Position numbers and translations under genes: made by a program
Part shown: piece by piece, positions 36,828 through 46,030 of the stretch
Layout: each line of letters starts with the position of its first letter
Numbering within the stretch: position 1 is the stretch's first letter
Notes under the pieces: model-generated
What the model saw: only the letters and a program-made list of their open reading frames with translations
Database searches by the model: none
What the model was told of the DNA's origin: nothing
Origin: Vulcanimicrobiota bacterium
Lineage (GTDB): Bacteria > Vulcanimicrobiota > Vulcanimicrobiia > Vulcanimicrobiales > Vulcanimicrobiaceae
Length of the DNA stretch: 64,000 nt
Assembly: GCA_963838895.1 (NCBI GenBank)
Contig: CAWIST010000003.1
Location: 8,552 to 72,551, forward strand
Direction of reading: 5' to 3'

Positions 36828-36971
36828 TGGAGAAGCTGCAACTTTTTTGGACATTTTCACAGGGATGTGAAACTTCAAAACTTTGTTCTTCCAATAAAAG
36901 TGCCGCAGCGCGAGCGAGCCCGGACGGCGAGCGAGCAGCGGTTCGACAATGGGGTGCCCCTTGTTGATGAC
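36805..36971 (+). mobile_element. Interspersed ~160-nt element, copy C
   Basis: Arms are GTCATCAACAGGGGGCGCCCCATT / AATGGGGTGCCCCTTGTTGATGAC (24 bp, two G:U positions) around the shared core. Confidence 0.6.
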
Positions 36972-37040
36972 CCTAGTCTGCATGCCTTAACATCGTCAGC
37001 GCCAAGCGGAGTTTCCTGCCGCACCGCGTAAAGTGCCCGC

Positions 37041-38066
37041 ATGAGGCCCGCGCAATCGCTCGCCTTCGACTATGCGGTTGGGATTTGCTGCGTTTGGATC
37101 GTTAGCGGCTTCTTCTTCGACGCATGGGCGCACGGGCACGTGCCGATCGAATCCTTTTTCACGCCTTACCATGCGGTCTTCTACTCCGGCGGGCTCGCGC
37201 TGCTCCTGATCGTCGCGGGGTACGCAATCGGAAATCGCGCTCGCGGCGCGTCGTGGCGCGATTCGGTTCCGCAGCCGTACCATTTGGCGTTGCTCGGTTT
37301 TCCGATCTTCCTCGTCGCCGGCTTCGGCGACATGCTCTGGCATCGGCTGCTCGGCCTCGAGGTCGGCGTCGATGCCCTGCTCAGCCCGACCCATCAGGCA
37401 CTCGGGTTGGGCATGTTCTTCCTCGCGAGCGGGCCCATTCGCTCGGTGCTCGCCAACCGTTCGACGAGCACGACGCTCGCGCGCCAGGTTCCACTGCTGC
37501 TTGGCCTGATCGCCTGGTATGGACTCGTCCACTTCGGCACCGCCTACGCCTTCGATCCCGGAGCCGCACGGGCAGATGCGCCGCCGCCGATCGCGTTCTC
37601 TTCTCAGTACCTCACCGCGCTTGCGATCGGCTATTACAAGATCTCCGTCGGCGTCCTCATCGTGATCTTCCAGGCGACGCTGACCGCCGGCTTCGCGCTC
37701 TGGAGCGTTTCGCGCATGGCCCTGCGCCCCGGTTTCTTCACGATCCTGTACCCCTGCGCGAACGCGATGGCGGCCGCACCGTTCACGAACCAAACGCCGT
37801 TGCTCGCGATCACGCTCGTCGCCTCATTCTGCGTGGGCATCGCCGCGGACCTGCTGGTTGCGCGCACCGATCCGCAGCCGGAGTCGCCTGCAGCGTATCG
37901 CTGGTTCGCGGTGCTCGTCCCGCTCGTCTACACCGGCGTATTTCTGCTCGCAACCGCGATTCGCGCCGGGATTTGGTGGGATTGGAACATCTCGCTCGGC
38001 GCGTGCTGCTGGGCGGGAGTCGCGGGCTTTGGTTTGAGCTTCATCGGAACCGCGCGCCGCACGTAG
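37041..38066 (+). CDS. Polytopic membrane protein of unknown function with conserved His motifs
   Basis: 341 aa with ~9 hydrophobic segments and the motifs DAWAHGH, GDMLWH and SPTH. Confidence 0.65.
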   Translation: MRPAQSLAFDYAVGICCVWIVSGFFFDAWAHGHVPIESFFTPYHAVFYSGGLALLLIVAGYAIGNRARGASWRDSVPQPYHLALLGFPIFLVAGFGDMLWHRLLGLEVGVDALLSPTHQALGLGMFFLASGPIRSVLANRSTSTTLARQVPLLLGLIAWYGLVHFGTAYAFDPGAARADAPPPIAFSSQYLTALAIGYYKISVGVLIVIFQATLTAGFALWSVSRMALRPGFFTILYPCANAMAAAPFTNQTPLLAITLVASFCVGIAADLLVARTDPQPESPAAYRWFAVLVPLVYTGVFLLATAIRAGIWWDWNISLGACCWAGVAGFGLSFIGTARRT

Positions 38067-38117
38067 CCATCTTGCCGGCGCGTCCAGTTCCGCTGACTTC
38101 AGGGTACTTGATCCGGC

Positions 38118-40181
38118 ATGGATGCGCGCGAGCGCGGTTTCACGCTGCTCGAGATGACGATCGCGGTAGGAATCTTCGCCCTCCTACTCGCGACGGGCGC
38201 GTGGGCGCTCGCATCGCATCCTAACGCGCTGGCCGCTGCGACCGACGATCTCGACGCTTCGATCGCCGCGGCCCGCGCACTCGCGGCGTCCAGCGGCAAC
38301 GGCGCGACGCTCGTCTTTGCGCCGCGAAGCAACTCAACGGGGAGTCCGCTTCCCGGTTTCCTGCTGCGCGTCTATCGCGGTCGCCCGAATGCCGCAAACG
38401 CGGTGAGCCCGACTTCGGCCATGCCGCTCGTTGCTGATGCGAGCGTGCGCGAGCGTACGCTCGGAGCACCGCCATTCGCAATCTTCGTCGACAGCGCGGG
38501 CAACGTGAGCGCAGAGGCGCAGTATCCCTCTTTCGATGCGAACGGAGAGGCGAGTTTCACCGTCATCGCGCAGGAGCCGGAGTGTCCCGCCGGTGGCTTC
38601 ACGCTGACGCTGACCAATCCGCAGGGCAACGCCACGACGACCCGTACGCTCGCGTGTCGCGTCTCGCTCAGCGGCACACCCGCGCCGAATCCGTCGCCGA
38701 CGCCGAACGTGCCGATCGTCACGCCGAGCACGCTGCTCTTTCATTGGCCCGAAGATGAGCAGCAGCAGTTTGTCGCAACCGAATGGGGTTACACGCATTG
38801 GTTTGCCTCCGCGAGCGGATTTGCGTGCGGAAACGGCATCGCCGCATTTCCTAACGTGTTGCCCTCGCCCTACAGCGCCGCGTACTCGCCCTCGGAGGCG
38901 CTACTGCCGCCTCCGCCGCCGCCGAACACGCCGTTCTCCTATCCTAACTCGAACGGCGGCAGCATGAACGACGCGCCCGCCAGCTTTCCGCTCCAGCCGC
39001 AAAGCGCGGGACTTTGCACTGCCGCCGTCCAGGACGACGGCGGACAAAATGCTTCGACGGCCGTCATCGTGATGGGCTGGCTGACGGCGACGTATGCTTC
39101 CACGAGCGCGACGCATGCGTCGGGCTCGCTCGCAATCCCCGCGAACGCACTGCCAAAAGCCGGCAGCAGCGTGACGATCGCGCTCGCGAAGAGCTTCGAT
39201 GCAACCGCGCTCGCCCCGCGGGTGGCGTTTACGGGAAGCAACGCCTCCGCGTGCGCCGCCGATCTCGCGCTGACGGCCTCGAACGGGACCACGCCGAGTA
39301 CGCCTTCGAGCACGCCGGCAACCGCATCGGTTACGCTGACGGTGACGGCGCTTCCGCCGTCGGCGCTTTCGTGCGCCGGCGTGATCTACAATCACTACGC
39401 GGATGCGAACGCGCCGTCGGACGCGGTCTCCGAGGCGGGCGAGGGAGTTGCCTTCACCACGTCGCTCTCGCCCGCGGAGGGACCGCTTACCGTGTGGCCC
39501 GTCGGCGTCGTCTATCCCGTCTCCGGCCAGACTCTCGACGCCGGTTGCAGCGCCGTCGCCTATAAGAACGCCTCACTCACTCAGATCGACGCGAGCGATT
39601 CGACTTACGCCTCACTCGGCGCCGGCACCGACGCCAACGGCTGCTACAGCGGCGTGGTAGTCGTAAGCGAGACGGGATACGGGGGAGCGTTTGCCCTCAC
39701 TCCGGCATGCGGAAACTCTTTAGTATTAGGAATATGGTCTCCGACCGATGTTGGACCAACAGCCGACATCGAAATGAGCGGCGGCGTAACGCCCGTGGCG
39801 TCCTGTGCCGTTTCCGTCTCTTCGAGCGACCAAACCATCGTAAACGGCGGGGCGCGTAACGTCGAAGTTGCCGTTGATTCATGCTCGAGCAGCGGCGGAA
39901 CAGTTACCACTGGGACGGGCTGTGAGTTCACGATGCCGGTCAGCTGGGGAGATCCACCCGATTGTGCGCCGGGCGGCGCCCAGGGTACGCTCGTCACCGT
40001 TGCCGTCATAGAGAGCCCCGATCCGATGCTCGGCACGATCGCGCAAATTAGTAATAATGGTGTAACAGGAACGTACGTTTGGACTCGGACCGCTCCCGGA
40101 ACTCAGACGATCAGTTGGACTGAAATCGAGACGACCTGCCGTCACGACACCACGTCGCACGGAACTATAACGTTCGACTGA
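38118..40181 (+). CDS. Large (687 aa) protein with a prepilin-type N-terminal cleavage/methylation signal and a GspH/FimT-like start (modular pilin/pseudopilin)
   Basis: MDARERGFTLLEMTIAVGIFALLLATGAWALA matches the class III signal (G/FTLxE plus a hydrophobic helix). It is followed by ~600 aa of Ser/Thr/Ala/Pro-rich sequence with paired Cys. Confidence 0.8.
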   Translation: MDARERGFTLLEMTIAVGIFALLLATGAWALASHPNALAAATDDLDASIAAARALAASSGNGATLVFAPRSNSTGSPLPGFLLRVYRGRPNAANAVSPTSAMPLVADASVRERTLGAPPFAIFVDSAGNVSAEAQYPSFDANGEASFTVIAQEPECPAGGFTLTLTNPQGNATTTRTLACRVSLSGTPAPNPSPTPNVPIVTPSTLLFHWPEDEQQQFVATEWGYTHWFASASGFACGNGIAAFPNVLPSPYSAAYSPSEALLPPPPPPNTPFSYPNSNGGSMNDAPASFPLQPQSAGLCTAAVQDDGGQNASTAVIVMGWLTATYASTSATHASGSLAIPANALPKAGSSVTIALAKSFDATALAPRVAFTGSNASACAADLALTASNGTTPSTPSSTPATASVTLTVTALPPSALSCAGVIYNHYADANAPSDAVSEAGEGVAFTTSLSPAEGPLTVWPVGVVYPVSGQTLDAGCSAVAYKNASLTQIDASDSTYASLGAGTDANGCYSGVVVVSETGYGGAFALTPACGNSLVLGIWSPTDVGPTADIEMSGGVTPVASCAVSVSSSDQTIVNGGARNVEVAVDSCSSSGGTVTTGTGCEFTMPVSWGDPPDCAPGGAQGTLVTVAVIESPDPMLGTIAQISNNGVTGTYVWTRTAPGTQTISWTEIETTCRHDTTSHGTITFD

Positions 40182-40194
40182 ACGCGCAACTACT

Positions 40195-41058
40195 CTAAGG
40201 CCAGTTCGGAACATTGGGATCGACGTAACCACGCGGATCTCTCGGAAACTCGGCATCACCGTAGGCCTGCGTGCCGCCGTCGAACGTATACCACGTCCCA
40301 CCAAACCAAAGTGTGTCCGAAGCCGTAGCGTATAGATTGCTGCCTCCGAAGGCGGCGTCGATTTCATTGCCACAGTCGGCGCCCCCAATCGCGAATGTGC
40401 TTCCGCTAGTGATGTAGCCGTACGGATTACTCGGCTCGGGCGTCGGCGCCGGTCCGATGCCGTTCCACGCCACTTCCTCCTCAGCTATTGCGCGCGCATT
40501 CTCCACAAGCCATTCGTCGGGGACGACCTGCGGAAGGCTGTCCGTTGTGCGTTCTGCGTTGAAGTCGGCGAGACATGGGGTTTCGTTTGCGTTGAGCGTG
40601 GTGAGCCGGTAGGCGCCGTTTGTTTCGGCGGCGGGCGGTGTAACCAGCGGAATCGGCGGCAGCACGGGCGCGTGCAACATCTGCACGCCGCCGCTCACCA
40701 TGATGTCGTCGTGAATCGTGGGCCTGCCGTCGGGCGGACTGACGGAATCGGAGCCGATCACCAGCAGATAGTGACCGTTTGCCACACCGCCGAGGGTGAA
40801 CGAACCGTCGGCGGCGGTCGTCGTTTGCGGCGAGGGCAGCGGCGTCGCGCCCGCGACCCAGGGCTCGAGTGTGACTCGCTCGCCCGCCAGCGCAACGCCC
40901 GACGGATCGTCGACGAGCATACCCGATAGGGTCGTGAAGCCCGGCGTCATCGTGGGCGTCGGCGGCGTCCCCCCGCCGCCGCCTCCGCCACCGCAGCCGG
41001 AGATCAACCCTAAGATCATCGCCGCCGACAGGAACCCGCTCCAAACCCGAGGCGCCAT
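40195..41058 (-). CDS. Lipoprotein with a carboxypeptidase-regulatory-like (CarboxypepD_reg) domain
   Basis: Lipobox LISGCGGGGGGGG. ...AADGSFTLGGVANGHYLLVIG... Confidence 0.65.
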   Translation of the reverse strand: MAPRVWSGFLSAAMILGLISGCGGGGGGGGTPPTPTMTPGFTTLSGMLVDDPSGVALAGERVTLEPWVAGATPLPSPQTTTAADGSFTLGGVANGHYLLVIGSDSVSPPDGRPTIHDDIMVSGGVQMLHAPVLPPIPLVTPPAAETNGAYRLTTLNANETPCLADFNAERTTDSLPQVVPDEWLVENARAIAEEEVAWNGIGPAPTPEPSNPYGYITSGSTFAIGGADCGNEIDAAFGGSNLYATASDTLWFGGTWYTFDGGTQAYGDAEFPRDPRGYVDPNVPNWP

Positions 41059-41126
41059 CCACCCAAACCCTCCACTCGGGATTATCGGCGTCCCTCGATC
41101 GATTGTTTAGCCCGATCTGGCCAGTC

Positions 41127-41792
41127 TTATCGTTTGCGGGCGATCAGGATGCCGTCACACATCGGCACGAGCGCAACGTCGACGCGCTCGTCGTGCCCTG
41201 CCTTGTGCGCAAGGGCGCGAAGAGCGCGCGTATCCCCGTCGTCGATCTTTGGATCCGCTACCGCGCCGTCCCACAGCACGTTGTCGACCAGCAGCAGGCC
41301 GCCGCGACGCAGCAGCAAGAGCGCGCGCTCGTAGTAGGCGTCGACGTTGACCTTGTCGGCGTCCACGAAGGCCATATCGAACGCGTCGCGCGTCCCGCGC
41401 TCGAGCATGTCGTCGAGCGAATCGAGCGCGGGCCCGAGAAGCAGCTCGATCTTACCGGAGACGCCCGCCCGTTCCCAGTACCGCCGCGCAATTGCCGTGT
41501 ATTCGGCGCTGACGTCACAGGCGACGATGCGTCCGTCTTGCGGCAGCGCGAGCGCCATCGAGAGCGCGCTGTAGCCGGTGAAGACGCCGATCTCGAGGTA
41601 CGAACGCGCGCCGATTGCGCCGGCGAGCAATCGCATGAACTGCCCCTGATCCGGTCCGATCTGCATCCGCGCGTTGGGCATACGGGCGGTCTCCTCGCGC
41701 AGCTCTTTGAGCAGCGGCTCCTCGCGCAAGGTCGCGCCGAGGATGTACTGCTGAATCTTCGGATCCAGGAAGGTGCTCTTACCGACGATCAT
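41127..41792 (-). CDS. Class I SAM-dependent O-methyltransferase (caffeoyl-CoA OMT-like)
   Basis: ...ARSYLEIGVFTGYSALSMALALP...FDMAFVDADKVNVDAYYE...GGLLLVDNVLW... Confidence 0.8.
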   Translation of the reverse strand: MIVGKSTFLDPKIQQYILGATLREEPLLKELREETARMPNARMQIGPDQGQFMRLLAGAIGARSYLEIGVFTGYSALSMALALPQDGRIVACDVSAEYTAIARRYWERAGVSGKIELLLGPALDSLDDMLERGTRDAFDMAFVDADKVNVDAYYERALLLLRRGGLLLVDNVLWDGAVADPKIDDGDTRALRALAHKAGHDERVDVALVPMCDGILIARKR

Positions 41793-41804
41793 CTATCCGT
41801 ACTC

Positions 41805-41993
41805 ATGTTCCGGCGCCGCGCGATTCTCCTCGCTACCATTCCTGTAATCGCGCTGACGATCGCCGTTCCATTCGTGAACCGTCTCGAACCCAGCGTCTTC
41901 GGACTCCCTTTCGTGCTCTTTTGGATCGTCGCGTGGGTGTTCCTCACGCCGGCGTTCCTCTGGGTTGTCGGTCGCATGGAGCATCGCTGGTGA
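41805..41993 (+). CDS. DUF3311-type small membrane protein
   Basis: MFRRRAILLATIPVIALTIAVPFVNRLEPSVFGLPFVLFWIVAWV... Its stop overlaps the next GTG (GTGA). Confidence 0.75.
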   Translation: MFRRRAILLATIPVIALTIAVPFVNRLEPSVFGLPFVLFWIVAWVFLTPAFLWVVGRMEHRW

Positions 41994-43441
41994 GCGCGCC
42001 GTTCATCGCGCTCGGCATTGTCGCGGTCGTCGTGCTCGGCACGATGATCTTCGCGCTTCGCAGCGCAGGACGCATTCCGATGGATCCGCAACAATACATC
42101 GTCGGCGGACGCTCCTTCGGCACGCTCTTTCTTTGGCTGCTCCTCGCGGGCGAGGTCTACACCAGCTTCACGTTTCTCGGCGCGGCCGGCTGGGCGTACG
42201 GCCGCGGCGCGCCCGCGTATTACATCCTTGCGTACGGCACGTGTGGGTACATCATCGGCTACTTCCTGCTGCCGGCGATTTGGCGCGTCGCAAAGGAGCG
42301 CGGGCTGCTCACGGCGCCGGACTTTTTCGTCGACCGCTATGGAAGCCGCACGCTCGGAGTCGGCATCGCGCTCGCGCAGTTCGTGATGATCGTGCCGTAC
42401 GTGACGCTCCAGTTGACGGGCTTGCAGATTCTGCTCACGATCGCCGGCTACGGAACGTTCCACGCGACGGCCGCGGTCGGCGCTGCCTTTCTCTTGATGG
42501 CGCTCTTCGTCTTCACTGCGGGGCTGCGCGGCACGGCGTGGGCCAGCGTAGTAAAGGATGCGCTCGTGCTTGCCGCCGTGATCTTCGCGGGCATCGCCAT
42601 CCCGATCCATTTCTTCGGCTCCGTCCCCGCGATGCTCGGGCAGTTGCGCGCCGCGCATGCGGCGATGCTGACGCTCGCACCGGGGACGGCCCCGAGCGGG
42701 ACGGTCTGGTACGTCTCGACCGTCCTGCTCACCGGAATCGGCTTCTACATGGGACCGCAGTCCTTTGCCGCGATCTACAGTGCGCGCAGCGAAGAGGCCC
42801 TACGGCGCAACGCGGTCTTTCTGCCGCTCTATCAGATCGTGCTGCTGCTGGTTTTCTTCGCGGGATTTTCCGCGCTCCTCATCGTGCCGGGGCTCAAAGG
42901 CGCGCAGGCGGATCAATCCTTCCTCCTGGTCGTGCAACGCTTCTATCCGCCGTGGGTGATGGGCATCATCGCAGCCGCCGGTGCGCTCGCCGCGCTCGTG
43001 CCCGCCTCGGCATTGCTGCTCGGCGCGGCGAGCGTCGTTGCAAAGAACGTGCTCAGCGACGGCTTGGGCCTTGCCCGCAGCGACCGGGCGCGCGTGGTCG
43101 CGACGCGCGTTCTCGTGCTGGTGAGCGCCGTCCTCTCGCTCGCGTTTTGGCTGGTCGAGAAGCAGACGCTGGTCGGTTTGTTGCTGATCGTCTACAGCGG
43201 CATCACGCAGTTCATGCCGGGCGTCGCTTGCGCGTTTCTGTGGCGGCGCGCGACGGCATGGGGCGTCGGCGCAGGGCTAATCTGCGGACTTGCAGCCGCG
43301 GGATGGCTGGGCGCGAGCGCGACGTCGCTCGCGGGGCTCAACACGGGCTTTGTCGCGCTGATCCTCAACGTCGTCGTGCTAGTGGCCGTCTCGCTCGCGA
43401 CCAAACGCCGCGAGCCCGCCGCTTTAGACGGTCGCGCGTGA
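41990..43441 (+). CDS. Sodium:solute symporter (SSS) family transporter
   Basis: GTG at 41990: (M)SAPFIALGIVAVVVLG...YIVGGRSFGTLFLWLLLAGEVYTSFTFLGAAGWAY... An intact paralog of 33448..34964. Confidence 0.85.
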   Translation: MSAPFIALGIVAVVVLGTMIFALRSAGRIPMDPQQYIVGGRSFGTLFLWLLLAGEVYTSFTFLGAAGWAYGRGAPAYYILAYGTCGYIIGYFLLPAIWRVAKERGLLTAPDFFVDRYGSRTLGVGIALAQFVMIVPYVTLQLTGLQILLTIAGYGTFHATAAVGAAFLLMALFVFTAGLRGTAWASVVKDALVLAAVIFAGIAIPIHFFGSVPAMLGQLRAAHAAMLTLAPGTAPSGTVWYVSTVLLTGIGFYMGPQSFAAIYSARSEEALRRNAVFLPLYQIVLLLVFFAGFSALLIVPGLKGAQADQSFLLVVQRFYPPWVMGIIAAAGALAALVPASALLLGAASVVAKNVLSDGLGLARSDRARVVATRVLVLVSAVLSLAFWLVEKQTLVGLLLIVYSGITQFMPGVACAFLWRRATAWGVGAGLICGLAAAGWLGASATSLAGLNTGFVALILNVVVLVAVSLATKRREPAALDGRA

Positions 43442-43723
43442 AGCGAAGCAGTCCCGACAATACACCGGCTTGTCGCCGCGTGGATTGAACGGCACCTCCG
43501 CGACGCCCCCGCATTGGGTGCAGGTCGCGGTGAACATCTCCCGTACGCGGCCGGCGCCGGGGCCCTGCCCTTGCGATCGCGACGCCTTGCGCGCGGCCCG
43601 GCAATCCGGGCAGCGGTTGGGTTTGTTTTGGAAGCCCTTCTGCTCGTAAAAGCGCTGCTCCCCGGCGGTGAATACGAACTGCCGGCCGCAGTCTACACAG
43701 TTGAGCATTTCGTCTACGTACAC
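43424..43723 (-). CDS. Zinc-ribbon protein (two CxxC...CxxC units)
   Basis: LNCVDCGRQFVFTAGEQRFYEQKGFQNKPNRCPDCR...CTQCGGVAEVPFNPRGDKPVYCRDCF. Confidence 0.75.
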   Translation of the reverse strand: MYVDEMLNCVDCGRQFVFTAGEQRFYEQKGFQNKPNRCPDCRAARKASRSQGQGPGAGRVREMFTATCTQCGGVAEVPFNPRGDKPVYCRDCFASRATV

Positions 43724-43756
43724 GGAACTCGAACTCCTGATTGCAACGGGTAATGG

Positions 43757-44176
43757 TCAGCGACGCACGATCGCATTCGCTCCCTCTTCGAAAATATAGA
43801 GCGGGCCGACCAAGAGGTAGATGAGGTTCTCCAGGAACTTGGGCTTGCTTCCCTCGAGCCGGTGCCCGACGAGTTGGAAGCCCCATCCGAGGATGAACGC
43901 TGCCACGTTGACGGACCACGCGAGCCTCACGCCGATTTCGTAGAGTACGACGAAAACCAGCAGCGACAGTAGCGCGCCGCGCAGGTCGATCGTCGTATAG
44001 TACGCGAGGGTGAGGACCGCGAGCACGATCGCGAGATCGATGGGGCCGAAGCGCACGCGCGCCGTCAGTCCCAAGAGGCCGAGGATGATGAGTGGGATCC
44101 CGAAGGCGTGACAGAGACGATTACGCCGATCGCTGTGATACGAGGCGTATTCGCCGAAGAGTTCAGCCTTGGTCAT
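43757..44176 (-). CDS. DUF962 (Mpo1-like) membrane protein
   Basis: ORF trimmed to the ATG at 44176: MTKAELFGEYASYHSDRRNRLCHAFGIPLIILG... Confidence 0.7.
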   Translation of the reverse strand: MTKAELFGEYASYHSDRRNRLCHAFGIPLIILGLLGLTARVRFGPIDLAIVLAVLTLAYYTTIDLRGALLSLLVFVVLYEIGVRLAWSVNVAAFILGWGFQLVGHRLEGSKPKFLENLIYLLVGPLYIFEEGANAIVRR

Positions 44177-44269
44177 GCGAAGAACGTTCCTAGAGTTCCG
44201 CCCGCTTCTCGTCCAAACGGCGGCCCACCTTGCGCGGGCCCCCGGAGGGCGCTGCCGAAATCCACGCGG

Positions 44270-45445
44270 ATGAGCGCGATTGCCGTCCCCTCCCAACTCG
44301 TCGACGACGTGGTCGCCGTGCGACGCCGCCTCCACATGCAGCCCGAACTCGGCTTCGAGGAGCACCGCACCGCCGCGTTCGTGACCGAACGCTTGCGAAC
44401 GCTGGGCTTCGAAGTGTACGAACATGTCGGCAAGACCGGCGTGGTCGGCGTCATGCGGGGAGTGCGCCCGGGCCGCACGATCATGCTGCGCGCCGACATG
44501 GATGCGCTGCCCATCGTCGAGGAAACCGGGCACGCCTATCGCTCAGAGACCGAAGGCGTGATGCACGCCTGCGGGCACGACGGCCACGTCGCGATTCTGC
44601 TCGGCGCAGCAAGCCTGGTCGCAAGTGCGCGCGGTGAGTTAGCCGGAACGCTATGCCTGGTCTTCCAGCCGGCCGAAGAGGGCAAGGGTGGTGCGAAGGC
44701 GATGCTCGACGACGGGCTCATCGAGCGCTTGGGCATCGAGCGCGCCTACGGTCTGCACCTCTCTTCGAAGTACCCGACCGGAATGCTCGGGTTTCGCGAG
44801 GGCCCGATGTATGCGTCGAGCGATTCGATCGAGATCGACGTGGTCGGCGTTGGCGGACACGGGGCAGCGCCCCACGATGCCGTCGACCCGATCGTCACGG
44901 CGGCGAACTTTATCACGTCGCTCCAACAGGTCGTCTCGCGCCAAGTCGATCCCCTCGAGCCTGCGGTCGTCACGATCGGCGCAATCCACGGCGGCACGAT
45001 TCACAACGTCATCCCTCGCACGTGCCGAATGCTCGGAACGGTGCGCGCCTTCTCCGACGAGGTGCGTGCTGCCATGCCGGAGCGCATCGAGCGCGTGCTG
45101 CGCGCCTGTTGCGATGCATCCGGCGCGACCTACGAGTTCGAGTATCTCTTGCGCTACCCGGTGACGGCGAACGATCCGATGCAAACGGCATACGTCAAGG
45201 CGCTCGCCACCCGCCTCGTCGGCGAAGAGCGCGTTTTCGATGCCGATCGTCTCATGGGCGCCGAAGATTTCTCGTTTTTCGCGCAGCGCGTTCCCGCGTG
45301 CTTCTATACGCTCGGCACGCGCGGCGGACCGAGCACCGCGCACCCGCACCATTCGAGCCTCTTCGACATCGACGAGGCGGCGTTGCCGACGGGCGTCGCG
45401 ATGATGACCGCGCTCGCGCTCGATGCCGCACGCAACGCCCCGTAG
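44270..45445 (+). CDS. M20-family amidohydrolase (N-acyl-amino-acid amidohydrolase/hippurate hydrolase-like)
   Basis: ATG at 44270: ...RRRLHMQPELGFEEHRTAAFV...MHACGHDGHVAILLGAA... Confidence 0.85.
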   Translation: MSAIAVPSQLVDDVVAVRRRLHMQPELGFEEHRTAAFVTERLRTLGFEVYEHVGKTGVVGVMRGVRPGRTIMLRADMDALPIVEETGHAYRSETEGVMHACGHDGHVAILLGAASLVASARGELAGTLCLVFQPAEEGKGGAKAMLDDGLIERLGIERAYGLHLSSKYPTGMLGFREGPMYASSDSIEIDVVGVGGHGAAPHDAVDPIVTAANFITSLQQVVSRQVDPLEPAVVTIGAIHGGTIHNVIPRTCRMLGTVRAFSDEVRAAMPERIERVLRACCDASGATYEFEYLLRYPVTANDPMQTAYVKALATRLVGEERVFDADRLMGAEDFSFFAQRVPACFYTLGTRGGPSTAHPHHSSLFDIDEAALPTGVAMMTALALDAARNAP

Positions 45446-45451
45446 CGTCGC

Positions 45452-46030
45452 ATGGCCGAAACGATTCCCGAGGTCACCGAGCCGCACGGCCTCGCGGACT
45501 ACCTCGAGGTCATGACCCGTGCCGTCTTTCAGGCCGGCGTGAGCTGGAAGCAAATCGCGCAGCATTGGGATGCCTACCGCGTCGTATTCGAGAACTTCGA
45601 AGTTCCGCGCGTGGCAGAATACGACGATGCCGACGTCGAGCGCATTCTTGCGACCGACGGGATTCTGCGCTCTCCGCGCAAGGTCTTAGCGACGATTCGC
45701 AACGCGCGGACGTTGCTCGAGCTGGACCGCGAGCCAGGCGGATTTCACGGCTACCTGCGAAGATTCAACGGCTACGAGCCGCTCGCGAAAGACTTGAAGC
45801 GCCGATTCGCTTTCATGGGTGAGATGAACGCCTGGTATTTTCTCTTTCGCGCCGGCGAGCCGGTGCCGCGCTTCGAGTCTTGGGTCACGACGATCGAGGG
45901 CGATCATCCGCGCATGCGCGAGATGGTCGCCTTAGCCCGTTCGCAAGGCCGCTCGCCGGAGAACGAGCGTCAGGGGCTCGCCGTCGGCGAAGGCGACGGA
46001 GCCGGCGACGGCGGCGCCCCTCGCTCCTGA
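45452..46030 (+). CDS. DNA-3-methyladenine glycosylase I (Tag)-like protein
   Basis: ...VMTRAVFQAGVSWKQIAQHWDAYRVVFENF...ILRSPRKVLATIRNARTLL... The low-complexity C-terminal tail overlaps the convergent ORF. Confidence 0.6.
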   Translation: MAETIPEVTEPHGLADYLEVMTRAVFQAGVSWKQIAQHWDAYRVVFENFEVPRVAEYDDADVERILATDGILRSPRKVLATIRNARTLLELDREPGGFHGYLRRFNGYEPLAKDLKRRFAFMGEMNAWYFLFRAGEPVPRFESWVTTIEGDHPRMREMVALARSQGRSPENERQGLAVGEGDGAGDGGAPRS

